From positions 1 through 45,288 of the forward strand of contig CAVVKN010000015.1 in NCBI GenBank assembly GCA_963748825.1: a DNA stretch of 45,288 bases. The letters are read 5' to 3'. Positions 1-10,119 of the stretch are shown here, in pieces (position 1 is the stretch's first letter; each line of letters starts with the position of its first letter). A program made the position numbers and the translations under genes. This DNA is from Methanotrichaceae archaeon. GTDB lineage: Archaea > Halobacteriota > Methanosarcinia > Methanotrichales > Methanotrichaceae. The notes under the pieces are model-generated. The model made no database searches. It was given only the letters and a program-made list of their open reading frames with translations, and was not told the DNA's origin.

Positions 1-2434
1 GGGCTGCCGCCAGCCTCTCCTTAGCTTCGATCTCGCCTGCCACCATCACCCGAATCTTCTGCGCCTCGCTCTCCGCTGCCGCCAGTGTCCTCTTCTCTTT
101 AAACAGAGCCTCATACTCTTGAGGATTGTAGTCGAGATCTCTTTGCGAGACTTGCAGAGCCACCAGGGCCAGGTCGAGCCTTTCTATCTCTTGCTCTTGC
201 CTTTTTCTCCTCTCCGTTAAGGCGGGAATTTGCGCTGCCCTTTCCGAGACTGCGAGAAAACGATCGTGCAGTGGCTTGAGGGTGACCTGACGCTTTCTGG
301 CTTCGAGGTAATCCGATTCTGCGTAGCCCAGGGCCTGCATCTGATTGATGAGCTGTTCCTGTCTCTCCTTTAGAGCAGCCAGTTCCTTTTTCTGCTGGAC
401 AATCTCCACTTCCAAACCGGGCAGATCCTCCAGCCGCTGGGAGAGGCTGGCATATTCTAAAACCAGAGGCACAAGAGCTTTTAGAGCTGCTTCAACCTGG
501 GCCAGCTTGACGGCATCGAAGCTGACCGTTCCCAGGCCTTCGATTCTGGCCGAGATTTCCTTGATCTCAGTTTGTGACTCGTGCATCTGCATGGCCAGAC
601 TCTTCAAATCGGCCTGCAGAGCCGAGCGCCGGCTCTTTTGGGCATTCAACTCGTCGAAGGCCGCTCGCAGATTGCTCCTCGACCTGGTCGCCCCCTCAAT
701 CTTTTCCGTTTGAGCGGCAATCCCGGCAGCAAGCTTTTCCTTCTCCACTTTTGCATACATCGCGGAATTTTCATATTTTTTTATGAGCAGATCGCGCTGT
801 CCCTCTAACGGCTGCTCGCAGGTGGGGCAGAGTCCTTTCGCTCCCAGGGCCATGACCTTCTTTATGGAGCGTTCCGCCTCAGCCAGAGCCAGCTCTTCTA
901 CCCTGTAGCTTCCTCTCAGTTCTGCCAGGATCCGGTTCAGCTCGCTGCCGAGCTTATCGAGGTCCTTATCCTGGCGACGCAACTGCTCCTCCTTCTCCTC
1001 AATTCTCCCCAGGCCTTCCAGCTCTAAGCGTGCTTTTTCCGCCTCATTCTTCAGTCTGGCCAGGCGCTCTTCAATAGCACTCTTTCTGACCAGAAGGCCA
1101 TCCAGATCCTTTTGCAGCTCTCTTTGCCGCATAAGCTCTGCCAGTTCGCTTTTGCACCTCTTTTCTTCATCCTGGCAGGATGCAATCTCCCCCAACCTGG
1201 TCCGGGCTTCGAAAAGGTCATCAATCAGCTTTTTCGTGCGGGAGAGGTTGGCTACGATTGCTTGTTCTCTGACAGCCTCCTCCTTGCGCCGGGCCTGCAT
1301 CTCGCTATGCTTATCCCGGAGACCTTCCAGGGCGAGGAGCTGGGCCTGCAGCTTTGTATGCTCTTCCTCTCTAGGCAAGAGCTCCTCTCGCATAGCGGCA
1401 TCTTTGTCCAGCTCCAGGAGCCTTCTTTGGCTCTCAGCAAGCGCTTTTTTCTCGCCCTGCAAAGCAGCCTCTTGGGCCGCCATGCGGCGGGCAGTCTCCT
1501 CATAGATTTCTCTTTTGGGCAGCAGAATTTCCAGCCGTTCTTTTATGACAGTCAGCCTCTCCAGCATGGGCTGAAGATCTGAGAGCCTTTTCTGGGAGGC
1601 ATCGATCTCAAAGAGCCGCTTTTCCGCAGCCTTGATCGTCTCCTTCAGCTCCCTATCCTGCGCCTCAAGGCTCTTTACCCTCTCCTCTAAAAGGCCATGC
1701 CGGCGCATTTTCTCTGCCATGGCCTCCAGCTCCTGCCGCCTTCTCTCCCCTGCCTCCGCTAGCCTTGCCCGGCTTCCCTCTGCTTCCTCCAGGCCTTTTC
1801 TCTCAGCTGCAATGTCCTGGAAAGCCTTCTCCAGCCGGGCCTTTACGTCTCCGATTTCTGCCAGTGCTCCCGCCAGCCGATTTTTTTGCTCTTCCAGGGA
1901 GGAGCGATCGGATTTGATCAACTCTATGGCATATTCCTTGATGTCTTCCAGGCCCAGGAGCTTGAGCAGATACTCCCTCTTGCCCATCCCCCCCTCTTTG
2001 AGCAGATTGTCCAGATCTTTTTGCCGGGCATAGAAGGTTTTCATAAAGTCCTGATAATTAATCTTTAGAATATCCTCGAGCCTCAGATCCACCTCTTTGC
2101 TACCAGTGGCAATCCTCTGCCCATCCAGCACAAGAAAGGCCTCTGGCGTCAAGCCCTTCCCTTTCATAGCCCGGTAGATGACCAGCTCCTGCTTGCCCAA
2201 GGAGAGTGTCAGGCTGGTCTCCACGGCATCAGATTCTCTGGCTCGTGCATTGCGGATGAAGTCTCTCTTGATGCTCGAAGCCCTGTTTCCGTAAAGGGCC
2301 CAGGCAATGGCCTCCACTATGGTGCTCTTGCCGGATCCGTTGCTGCCCACGATGCCGGTAAGCCCGTCGGAAAACTCCAGCTCGGCGCGGCGAAATTTCT
2401 TGAAGTTTTTCATGACCAGCTTATTAAGATGCAT
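1..2434 (-). CDS. rad50: DNA double-strand break repair Rad50/SMC ATPase (3' part beyond the window edge)
   Basis: Absent from the ORF track because the stop lies outside the window. Manual translation from ATG at 2434 gives MHLNKLVMKNFKKFRRAELEFSDGLTGIVGSNGSGKSTIVEAI (Walker A), then a long coiled coil and a zinc hook CPTCEQP at about 810-830. Overlaps the mre11 stop. Confidence 0.95.
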   Translation of the reverse strand, partial: MHLNKLVMKNFKKFRRAELEFSDGLTGIVGSNGSGKSTIVEAIAWALYGNRASSIKRDFIRNARARESDAVETSLTLSLGKQELVIYRAMKGKGLTPEAFLVLDGQRIATGSKEVDLRLEDILKINYQDFMKTFYARQKDLDNLLKEGGMGKREYLLKLLGLEDIKEYAIELIKSDRSSLEEQKNRLAGALAEIGDVKARLEKAFQDIAAERKGLEEAEGSRARLAEAGERRRQELEAMAEKMRRHGLLEERVKSLEAQDRELKETIKAAEKRLFEIDASQKRLSDLQPMLERLTVIKERLEILLPKREIYEETARRMAAQEAALQGEKKALAESQRRLLELDKDAAMREELLPREEEHTKLQAQLLALEGLRDKHSEMQARRKEEAVREQAIVANLSRTKKLIDDLFEARTRLGEIASCQDEEKRCKSELAELMRQRELQKDLDGLLVRKSAIEERLARLKNEAEKARLELEGLGRIEEKEEQLRRQDKDLDKLGSELNRILAELRGSYRVEELALAEAERSIKKVMALGAKGLCPTCEQPLEGQRDLLIKKYENSAMYAKVEKEKLAAGIAAQTEKIEGATRSRSNLRAAFDELNAQKSRRSALQADLKSLAMQMHESQTEIKEISARIEGLGTVSFDAVKLAQVEAALKALVPLVLEYASLSQRLEDLPGLEVEIVQQKKELAALKERQEQLINQMQALGYAESDYLEARKRQVTLKPLHDRFLAVSERAAQIPALTERRKRQEQEIERLDLALVALQVSQRDLDYNPQEYEALFKEKRTLAAAESEAQKIRVMVAGEIEAKERLAAA

Positions 2435-3566
2435 CCAATGCCTCTTTATGCCTGGCCAGTACGGCCTTCTTCATGATCTCCGATCCATAGACCACTACAT
2501 CATCCTTTATCTTTGGAGGTATCAACTCTTTACAGGATTCTTCCACCATGTAGCCGGAAAACTCCTCGTGCAGCGTTCTCCGGTCAATAGAACGCTCGAA
2601 ATGCTCCTCTTCATCCAAGAACTCCGGCCGGATCTTGAAGTAGAGCGCAGAGGCCCCCAGCCGGGAGAGCCTTCCCTGATCTATGCTCCTGTAAGCTGCC
2701 CGGTTGACGTTTCTAAGACTGATGCGCACCATTCGGTCTCGGATCTCATCTTCATGGCATAGCTCCATCAGGCATTCGGCTATTTCCTCCGAGCGCATAC
2801 CGCTGCAATCTATGGCCGGGTGATCTATCATGTACTTTGGCTTTACCGGCACGCTCTCGGCTCTACCTGTCTCCAGGTCCACCAGGAGCATTCCTTTCTT
2901 ATCCTGGGCCTCGCCGAAGTTGAAGTACTCCACAGAGCCGCTGTACCAGGCGTTCCTGGAAAGCTGTGCCTGTCCATGAAAGTGGCCAAGAGCGATATAG
3001 TCAAAATCGCTTTTGAGGAAGCTGTCCTTCAGCTCATGCTCACCCACGCTCCTCATCTTTCTGTTGGCAAGCGACTCCACCAGGCCGTGCATGACCAGTA
3101 CATCTCTTCCCAGACGCTCTATTCTCTCAAACTCGGCCAGGTAGTCCTGCGGCTCCAGGCAGAAGGGGATGCAGTGAAAATAGTGGTCTCCCACTTCAAT
3201 TCTTTCGTACTTATACCTCTGAGCGATATGCACGCCCCGCAGATCCTCAAAGAGGCGGAAGGGGCTGGTGGAAGAGAAGCTCTTGGGAGCGTCGTGATTG
3301 CCGCTGATTATGATCACAGGTATGTCCTCCTCCATGAGCTTCAAGAGGCCCCTCTGGAAGACCACCAGGGGCTTTATCTTGGGGCGAACGTGATGGAAGA
3401 CATCGCCGGCATGGACAACCGCATCAGGCCGAAGCTCAATGATCTTCTCAATGGCCTTCTCAAAACCGGAGTATACCATCTCTTCTATGCGGTTTCGCCC
3501 ATGCTCATCCAGACGGCTGTAGCTGGAAAATCCCAGGTGCGAATCGGCCAGGTGAATTATCTTCAT
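2424..3566 (-). CDS. mre11: Mre11/SbcD metallophosphoesterase nuclease
   Basis: Motifs DSHLG, GDVFH, GNHD, HG and GHFH; lies between herA and rad50. Confidence 0.95.
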   Translation of the reverse strand: MKIIHLADSHLGFSSYSRLDEHGRNRIEEMVYSGFEKAIEKIIELRPDAVVHAGDVFHHVRPKIKPLVVFQRGLLKLMEEDIPVIIISGNHDAPKSFSSTSPFRLFEDLRGVHIAQRYKYERIEVGDHYFHCIPFCLEPQDYLAEFERIERLGRDVLVMHGLVESLANRKMRSVGEHELKDSFLKSDFDYIALGHFHGQAQLSRNAWYSGSVEYFNFGEAQDKKGMLLVDLETGRAESVPVKPKYMIDHPAIDCSGMRSEEIAECLMELCHEDEIRDRMVRISLRNVNRAAYRSIDQGRLSRLGASALYFKIRPEFLDEEEHFERSIDRRTLHEEFSGYMVEESCKELIPPKIKDDVVVYGSEIMKKAVLARHKEALDAS

Positions 3567-3578
3567 TTGCTAAGCTTC

Positions 3579-5186
3579 CTATTCTAAAAACGGCTTGAAG
3601 CCGCCTCTGGTGATAAGGCTCTCCGGCTTATCTTCCTTCTCCAGGCGGCGCAAGTAATCCTCGTAGCGGTGGATCCTGGCGGGCACTGGGAAGGGGATAT
3701 TCAGAGTGGATACGACGGCTTCACCCTTCTCCAGTGTCTGAATCTCGATGTCCATGGAGGAGAGATCTTGCTTGGCCGACTCTTCCAGTTGCAAGCGGTC
3801 GTTTCTGTCCCCCAGGCCCATGACTACCAGAGTGTTGAACTGGGAGAGAAGCTGCTTGTCTATGAGCTTGGGCTGCTGGGTGATGGCACACAGGCCCACT
3901 CCGAACTTGCGCCCCTCCCGGGCGATGCTCTCGAAGCGCGCCGTGTTGCTGCCTGCGCCTAAAACCCTCTGCGCCTCTTCAATAGTGATGAGGCAGTTCT
4001 TGCGGCTTTCTCCCTCTTGGCCTTCTTTCTCATCCTTTTTGTACTCATCCAGGATATAGCGCGATAGAACGGAGAGCAAGAAGAGCTCGGATCGGTCGCT
4101 CATCCTGGGTATATCCACCAAAACGACCTTTCCTTTCTGCAGATTGGCCAGAATATTGGCCAGGCTGGACCTTTTCCGGATGTACGGATTTCTCTCCAGT
4201 TCGTTTTTAATCCTTCGAACCAAAACCATGACCGTGCTGTCCTTGAAGCCTTCTTGGATCATGCGGGCCATGCCCTCCGGGCTCTTGATCTCCTCCAGCC
4301 AGCTCGCCGGGTCGAAGATCCTGGAAACCGCGTCCAGGGCATCTCTTTGCGGTGGGGACCAATCATAGAGCAGAGCAATATCCTCCGGAAAAATCTCGCT
4401 TTCCGATATGGCCAGCTCCTCCACGCCCGGATCAGAGGCGTTCTGCCTGTTTGTAGAATAGCAGGCGAGCCCCTCCCGGTATTTCTTGAGATGGGTCAGC
4501 CCCTTGATAGGACCCTTGCCTTTTAGATATTCTCCATGAGGATCGACGATGAGAAGCCCGAACTTGGACTCGCCCCGCGCGAACAGTCGCATGCATGAGG
4601 CGGCAAAGACCTTCATGAAGTTGGACTTGCCCATGCCGGTGGTAGCGAAGACGCCCATGTGGTGGTCCATGGCATCGCTGTGCAGGGCCACGGGAATCTC
4701 TTCTACCAGTCGCGAGCCGTTTCTCAGGTAGCCGACCTCGATGTCTCCCATCACCTGGCTTAAAAACTGAAACTCCTCTTTCTCCGCTCGCGTAACGGAC
4801 GCGAACTTGGTGGGCAGCGTCCTGGACTTTTTGAACTCCAGTCTTTTATTTATGCAACCCAAGGGCTGTGCTATGACGCGGTTGAAGATCTGATCATCGT
4901 CGAAGAACTGGACACCTTTCATGGTGGTATCCCAGTGGCCGTCGTAATTGGAGCTGTGCTCTATGTTAAGAACGCGAGCAAGAAACGTCAGGCCCTGATC
5001 TTTGATGGAAAAGATCTGCCCCACTTCTACTCTTTCCTCCTCGGAAAGATCGAAGGGTACAATGAAATGATACTCGGAAACGTTTTTAGAAACGATGCGA
5101 TAAGTTGTATCTCTCCCGTCTATTACTTTTCTGTTCAACAGACTTGCCGCGCTGTTGGGCTGGATCTGCTCCTGCTTTGTGACCAC
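3579..5186 (-). CDS. herA: HerA helicase/ATPase
   Basis: N-terminal HAS-barrel-like region, Walker A ATTGMGKS, DPHGEY, Walker B IEEAQ, REGRKFG and TQQP; canonical operon context. Confidence 0.93.
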   Translation of the reverse strand: MVTKQEQIQPNSAASLLNRKVIDGRDTTYRIVSKNVSEYHFIVPFDLSEEERVEVGQIFSIKDQGLTFLARVLNIEHSSNYDGHWDTTMKGVQFFDDDQIFNRVIAQPLGCINKRLEFKKSRTLPTKFASVTRAEKEEFQFLSQVMGDIEVGYLRNGSRLVEEIPVALHSDAMDHHMGVFATTGMGKSNFMKVFAASCMRLFARGESKFGLLIVDPHGEYLKGKGPIKGLTHLKKYREGLACYSTNRQNASDPGVEELAISESEIFPEDIALLYDWSPPQRDALDAVSRIFDPASWLEEIKSPEGMARMIQEGFKDSTVMVLVRRIKNELERNPYIRKRSSLANILANLQKGKVVLVDIPRMSDRSELFLLSVLSRYILDEYKKDEKEGQEGESRKNCLITIEEAQRVLGAGSNTARFESIAREGRKFGVGLCAITQQPKLIDKQLLSQFNTLVVMGLGDRNDRLQLEESAKQDLSSMDIEIQTLEKGEAVVSTLNIPFPVPARIHRYEDYLRRLEKEDKPESLITRGGFKPFLE

Positions 5187-5222
5187 CTTTTTCTCCCCCT
5201 TTCTCTCCCTCTTTTCTAAATT

Positions 5223-6243
5223 CTAAATTTTGGGATTCATCTCCAGGATGTCGTGGAAGTCCTGCATAAGCATTCTTATCTCCGAATGAGTCATTCCATT
5301 CTCCGAAAGCCGCGCCATTAATCTCTGGCGCACGGCTGCCCCCTCTTGCTCAGTGATCCTGATTTCCCGGTGCGCCCGGAAAAGGGCATGAGGATAGCCC
5401 AGGCACTCAGAGGAGCAGGAGTAAGCGGCCAGCTTTCCCAGAACCGATCCGATTTCGCCCTTGAGATAAGTGGGCGCATCCACCCGGAAGGCGTGCTCGG
5501 ACTGCCCGCAAAAGCGGACGATGTAGGTCTCGCCGTTCCATCTGCCCTGACCCGCATCTACTTTTTTATCCTTCAGGCTGAGATACCAGGCAGCGCCAGG
5601 CAAAAGCAGGCTGCCGGCCATGCCGGTATGCTGCACAAAGGGAAGAGAGATCTCCTCGCCCCAGAAGAGGGAGCTGGACTTGGCCACGGCCAGAAGGGCG
5701 ATGCCCTTTTCCTCCGCCCGGTGCGAAGATAGTGGCAAGAGCGCCCCTCAGGGTTTCAAAGACGTCAAAGCTGCCGTCGTAAAGGATGATATCTCCGGCA
5801 TGGGCTTCTCCCAGGGCATCATTTATTGCCACATACTCCTGCAGCTCCCGATAGTAGCTGGTGAGTCGATCCAGATCCGATTCCTTGAGATCGATTCCTT
5901 TCAGGCCGAAGAATTCCTCCAGATAGGGGTCGAACATATTTTTGCATAACTTCGGATCGGCCAGCAAGACATCGTCAAAGGTTAAAACAGTGCGCCTCCA
6001 ATCTCTTCCCCGGTAGACGGCATAGCCTGCTCGGATCAGGTTCACATTGGCCGTCGACCAATTGCAGATGGAGGCATTGGAGCCGTCCACGGCAAATATC
6101 TCTCCGGCAAAGTCACAGGGCTCGACGAGCACGAAATCGCAGCGTTGCACCCCTGTCTCGGCAAGATATCGGTCGATTCCGTCCAGGGAGATATGATCGC
6201 GGATCATTTCTGCAACAAGGGAAAGGCGGCTCCATTCTTCCAT
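5223..6243 (-). pseudogene. nurA: NurA nuclease, split as assembled by one extra base near 5721 (probably a sequence error)
   Basis: ORF 5566-6243 has AVDGS and YDGS. ORF 5223-5738 has AVAKSS and GYPHALFRAH. The minus strand reads ATC TTC GCA [C] CGG GCG GAG GAA AAG, and removing one base joins the two ORFs. Confidence 0.88.
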
Positions 6244-6365
6244 TCAAAATTATAGTGACAAATGCAAAGTATATACGGATTGCTCCCCATTTAAAATTCA
6301 ACCATTTTCTGCATTTTTCCTGGCAAAGCTTTTTAATCTCATATTTCAATTATTTAGGCGATGAA

Positions 6366-7310
6366 ATGATGAACAATCCGAAGACGGCTGATCAGCAAAA
6401 AGCTGACGCCTTCCTGGAGGAGTTCGTCGGTGAGCTTGGCAAAGCCTACGGCAGCGAGATCGACTTCATTCTGCTCTTCGGAAGCGCAGCCCGGGGCGAG
6501 TTTATCCTGGGAAAGAGCGATGTTGACCTCATAATTCAGGTCAAGAGCGATGCGGTCGTAAGAAATGTGGAACAGTTTGCGAAGCCTCTCTTCTGGCAGT
6601 TGGATGAAAAGCACGGCATGCAGTTTAAAAAGGTGGTCTCCACGGGAGAGGGTGGCAGCCTGCTGGAAGATGCCCTGAAGTTGTTGGAGAAGCAGGCCCG
6701 GCTCTACAAGCCTTTTGAGGTATTCGGGCCGGATGACATCGACTGGAGATCGGGGAAGATACAGAGGCTGGACCTCTTGCCGGGTGCAACCCTTGTCGCC
6801 AGTCAGCTTACTCTGTTCTACAAGATGAAGCGTGAGGGAAAGATCCTCTTTGGCAGGGATGTTCGGCCGGAGATAGAGCCGCGTTTCACCTGGTGGGAGA
6901 AGCTCAAAGCCATCTGGGTGCCGCAGAGCATCGCTTTTGCTTCTGTCATCCTGGCCTTGCTCCTGCCCCAAAAGGCAGTGGGCTACGCGGTCAAGGCCTT
7001 TTTTTACGAGGTGGATTCGGTAAACATCTTTCAGAAAAACATGATTCCTTTCGGCCAGGAAAAGGTGGCGAGCTTTGCCGCGGCCACTAAGTTTCAAGAA
7101 AAGGTGCTGGATGATGTGCGATTTTTCCTGGAGCGCAAGCTGGTGCTCTTAAGTGAGCAGAAGATGCAGTTTGTCCGGGAAGCAGCCCTGGTAAAGAAAC
7201 AGGGATTCAAAGGGAGCAGGTGGGATGCTCTGCAATTTTGCCGGAGGGCTTTTCGGATAATTTGGAGCACGAATACGGCCGTGATAATCAAATCAGGCGG
7301 CAATTTGTGA
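6366..7310 (+). CDS. Nucleotidyltransferase-domain protein (Pol-beta/MNT-like N-terminus, long helical C-terminus)
   Basis: Motif LLFGSAARGE...SDVDLII. Start is more likely ATG 6366/6369 than the track's 6255. Confidence 0.75.
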   Translation: MMNNPKTADQQKADAFLEEFVGELGKAYGSEIDFILLFGSAARGEFILGKSDVDLIIQVKSDAVVRNVEQFAKPLFWQLDEKHGMQFKKVVSTGEGGSLLEDALKLLEKQARLYKPFEVFGPDDIDWRSGKIQRLDLLPGATLVASQLTLFYKMKREGKILFGRDVRPEIEPRFTWWEKLKAIWVPQSIAFASVILALLLPQKAVGYAVKAFFYEVDSVNIFQKNMIPFGQEKVASFAAATKFQEKVLDDVRFFLERKLVLLSEQKMQFVREAALVKKQGFKGSRWDALQFCRRAFRIIWSTNTAVIIKSGGNL

Positions 7311-7347
7311 TAAATAAATTCTATAAATGTATTAGAATGATTGTACC

Positions 7348-8190
7348 TCACTCACTGATTTTCTCGTACACCTTCTCCACCATTGCCATCGGTGACACCG
7401 AGTTCATGAAGAGCCCCAGCTCCTCCGGCCCCAGACCCAGGGCGATGCCCACCAGTTGCGTCACGTAGAGCACTGGAATGCCGATCTTCTCCCCCATTTT
7501 CTGCTCCAGCACCTTTTGCTTGGCATCCAGCATGAGGTGGCAGAGCGGGCATACAGTGACGATGACCTCCGCCCCGGCCTTTTTGGCCTCTGCCAAAATC
7601 TTGAAGGCAATATCGTCTGCCGCCTTTTCCTGGGGCATGAAAATGGGCCCGCCGCAGCAGAAGGTCTTGAGCCGGAAGTCCACCGGCTCCGCCTGCAGCC
7701 TCTTGATCAGCGTCTCCAGGATGGTGGGAAACTCCGGGCTGTAAAGCCCAGCCGGGCGCGTGAGCAGGCAGCCATAGTAGGGGGCGACCAACAGACCATT
7801 GAGAGGCACCACGATACGCTCATCGTTCTCGGCCAAAGCCTCTAAGATGACATCCAGTGCATGCCGGATCTTGGCGCCGCTGTACTTCCTGTCCAGGACG
7901 GCGTTCACCTTTTCCAGGACCTCGGGCTCCTCCAGCCGCTGCGCTGCCGCCCGCAAGTTGCTGTAGCAGATGGAGCAGGCTGTCATGATCTCGAGGTCAG
8001 TCTGGGCCATGTTTCTGGCCGCCAGGCCCGTGGCCACCAGCTCGTTGGAGACATGCGTTGCCCCGCAGCAGTTCCAGTCCTCGAGCTCCTCCAGCTCAAT
8101 TCCCAGAGCCGCGCAGACAGCCCTGGTGGAGGCGTCCATCTCTTTTCCCGTCGATTTGGAAACACAGCCCGGATAGTAAGCCAGCATCAT
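7348..8190 (-). CDS. hdrB: Heterodisulfide reductase subunit B
   Basis: Two CCG domains (YYPGC...WNCCGA...CSIC; YYGC...CCGG...CPLC). Confidence 0.95.
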   Translation of the reverse strand: MMLAYYPGCVSKSTGKEMDASTRAVCAALGIELEELEDWNCCGATHVSNELVATGLAARNMAQTDLEIMTACSICYSNLRAAAQRLEEPEVLEKVNAVLDRKYSGAKIRHALDVILEALAENDERIVVPLNGLLVAPYYGCLLTRPAGLYSPEFPTILETLIKRLQAEPVDFRLKTFCCGGPIFMPQEKAADDIAFKILAEAKKAGAEVIVTVCPLCHLMLDAKQKVLEQKMGEKIGIPVLYVTQLVGIALGLGPEELGLFMNSVSPMAMVEKVYEKISE

Positions 8191-8714
8191 TTTTCCCTCA
8201 GCTCCTCAATGATTCTCTTGACCTCATCCCGGCCTTTGATCTTCTCGATTTCCAGGCCGATCTTGCCCTTGGGCAAAAGTTCCAGTCCCATCTGCATGGA
8301 CTGCACTGCTCCCTGGGGAAAGACGAGCAGGAACTCGCCGGTGAGAGCCAGCTCGGCTATCCGGCCGTAATCTTTGATCTGCTTTAGGAAGAACTCCTCG
8401 TAGTCGGCGTCCTTGCCGCGCTGCCCTTCCCGCTCAGCTATATCTTTTAGAGCCGAGACCACAGCTTTAGGCCGGATGCCCCGCGGGCAGCGCACGGTGC
8501 AGAGAAGACAGGAAGTGCACAGCCATAGAGTCTCATTGTGCAAAGCCTCCTCCTTTTTGCCCTCTAAGCAGAGCTTGATCAACTTTCGGATGCTGGGGTT
8601 CATGAGATGCGCCGTGGGGCAACTGGCGGAGCAGGTGCCGCACTGAATGCATGTCAATACCTCCTGCCCGGCCAGGCGCAGGACCTCTTGCTTGAACTGT
8701 TCATCCCCGACCAT
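8187..8714 (-). CDS. hdrC: Heterodisulfide reductase subunit C
   Basis: CIQCGTCSASCP and WLCTSCLLCTVRCPRG; 4-bp overlap with hdrB. Confidence 0.95.
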   Translation of the reverse strand: MVGDEQFKQEVLRLAGQEVLTCIQCGTCSASCPTAHLMNPSIRKLIKLCLEGKKEEALHNETLWLCTSCLLCTVRCPRGIRPKAVVSALKDIAEREGQRGKDADYEEFFLKQIKDYGRIAELALTGEFLLVFPQGAVQSMQMGLELLPKGKIGLEIEKIKGRDEVKRIIEELREK

Positions 8715-8716
8715 CT

Positions 8717-9790
8717 TTATTTCGCCCCCTCGCTGCTGCCGGTAGTATCCGCTGCTGTAGCCCTTTTCGCTTCATCTTTGTGAAGCCGCTCTACAATCTT
8801 CTTGATGGCCTCTTCGGCAGGCTCCTTCTCCAAAATTTGCCGTATCTTCGGCTTTCTCAGCAGGGGCTCCAGGGGCTTTAGGGCCTCATCCACCAGCCGC
8901 AGCAGCTCGGGATCTATCTTCGGCTTCTCGGGCGCGGGCATAGGCTGGCGCTCTATGTCCGGCGGAGAGACAGCCCCGCTCACATCCGGGCGCAGCCGCT
9001 CCCCGGTCTTTATGGCGGAGATGGCCTGCTTCCACTCCTCTGCCCAGGGAGTCTCCTTTATCTCCGTGTGCCTTACATCGGACCGCTCGACCTGGATGGC
9101 TGAGACGGGACAGGCCTTCTCGCATGCCCCGCAAAAGATGCATTGATCCTTGACCGGCGCCGCTTTGCCGCGCTCGTCCACATACCAGCACTTTGCCGGG
9201 CAGATGTTGAAGCAGGCCAGGCAGCCCAGTGGATCGCAGCGCACCAGGTTCTTTTCGACCAGCTTAATCTCGCCTTCAAAGGGCTTTTTAATGTCCATAG
9301 CCTCGTATGGACAGACCTGAGCGCACCGGCCGCAACCGATGCATAGGTCCTGGTCGATCTCGATCTTGCCTACGAACTCTTTTTCGCCTTCCGGCACTTC
9401 TAAGGGCTCACCCTCTACTTTTATCGCTTCTTCGGGGCAAAGGGGCACGCACAGGCCGCAGTAGTCGCATAGCTCCTCATCCACCAGGAGCTGCTCATAA
9501 GGCACCAGATTGCGGGGATCTTTCTCTTTCTCGCCCTTATCCACCAGCAAGAAGGCCTTGCAAAATTTTGCACACCGGCCGCAAAGATTGCACTTCTCCT
9601 GATCGATTGCGATCTTGCCCTTCATTTCCGGGCGCAGGGGGCCATAGTCTTCGCGAGTTTTATTGAAGGTGACTTTTATGGCCTTTGTGGGGCAGACAGG
9701 CTCGCAGAGCAGGCAGGGCAGGCACTTTTCGTTTGGCGTGGCCTCTGCCAGCAGCCGGGGATATTGCTCCTGTTTAATAAAATCCATCAT
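8717..9790 (-). CDS. Polyferredoxin (FwdF/FmdF-like, C-terminal portion)
   Basis: About six CxxCxxCxxxCP-type 4Fe-4S motifs; inside the hdr operon. Confidence 0.85.
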   Translation of the reverse strand: MMDFIKQEQYPRLLAEATPNEKCLPCLLCEPVCPTKAIKVTFNKTREDYGPLRPEMKGKIAIDQEKCNLCGRCAKFCKAFLLVDKGEKEKDPRNLVPYEQLLVDEELCDYCGLCVPLCPEEAIKVEGEPLEVPEGEKEFVGKIEIDQDLCIGCGRCAQVCPYEAMDIKKPFEGEIKLVEKNLVRCDPLGCLACFNICPAKCWYVDERGKAAPVKDQCIFCGACEKACPVSAIQVERSDVRHTEIKETPWAEEWKQAISAIKTGERLRPDVSGAVSPPDIERQPMPAPEKPKIDPELLRLVDEALKPLEPLLRKPKIRQILEKEPAEEAIKKIVERLHKDEAKRATAADTTGSSEGAK

Positions 9791-10119
9791 GTCTGGGCCT
9801 CTACCGCTTCTGCCGCCTGCGGGGTTGATCTCTTATCTCGTACCGTCATTTTAAAGGCCTTCATGGGACAGAAATTAACGCACATGCCGCAAAAGGCGCA
9901 GGCATCCAGATCGATGAGCACGGGCGGCGCGTCCAGGCCCTTGGCAATCTCCTGCAATGGCCCCTCCTGCAGGGCTTTTTTCGGGCAGAGAGCCACACAG
10001 ATAGAGCAACCGGCGCACTTTTTGTAATCGTAATCGAGGATAATCTCCCTCTCTTTGGTCTTCTGCTTGGCCAGAATGTGAGTGCCTTCTGCATCCATGT
10101 CTTTCTCAATTTCCATCAT
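9787..10119 (-). CDS. 2x[4Fe-4S] ferredoxin (FwdF N-terminus-like)
   Basis: CAGCSICVALCP and CAFCGMCVNFCP; ATGA overlaps on both sides. Confidence 0.85.
   Translation of the reverse strand: MMEIEKDMDAEGTHILAKQKTKEREIILDYDYKKCAGCSICVALCPKKALQEGPLQEIAKGLDAPPVLIDLDACAFCGMCVNFCPMKAFKMTVRDKRSTPQAAEAVEAQT

Noticed and set aside
345-2762. Plus-strand ORFs in the ORF track over the first 2.7 kb
   Set aside because: Antisense shadows of rad50 and mre11. The same applies to most short overlapping ORFs throughout the window.
5700-5740. Programmed ribosomal frameshift in nurA
   Set aside because: No clear slippery heptamer at the junction, and similar indels occur in unrelated genes.
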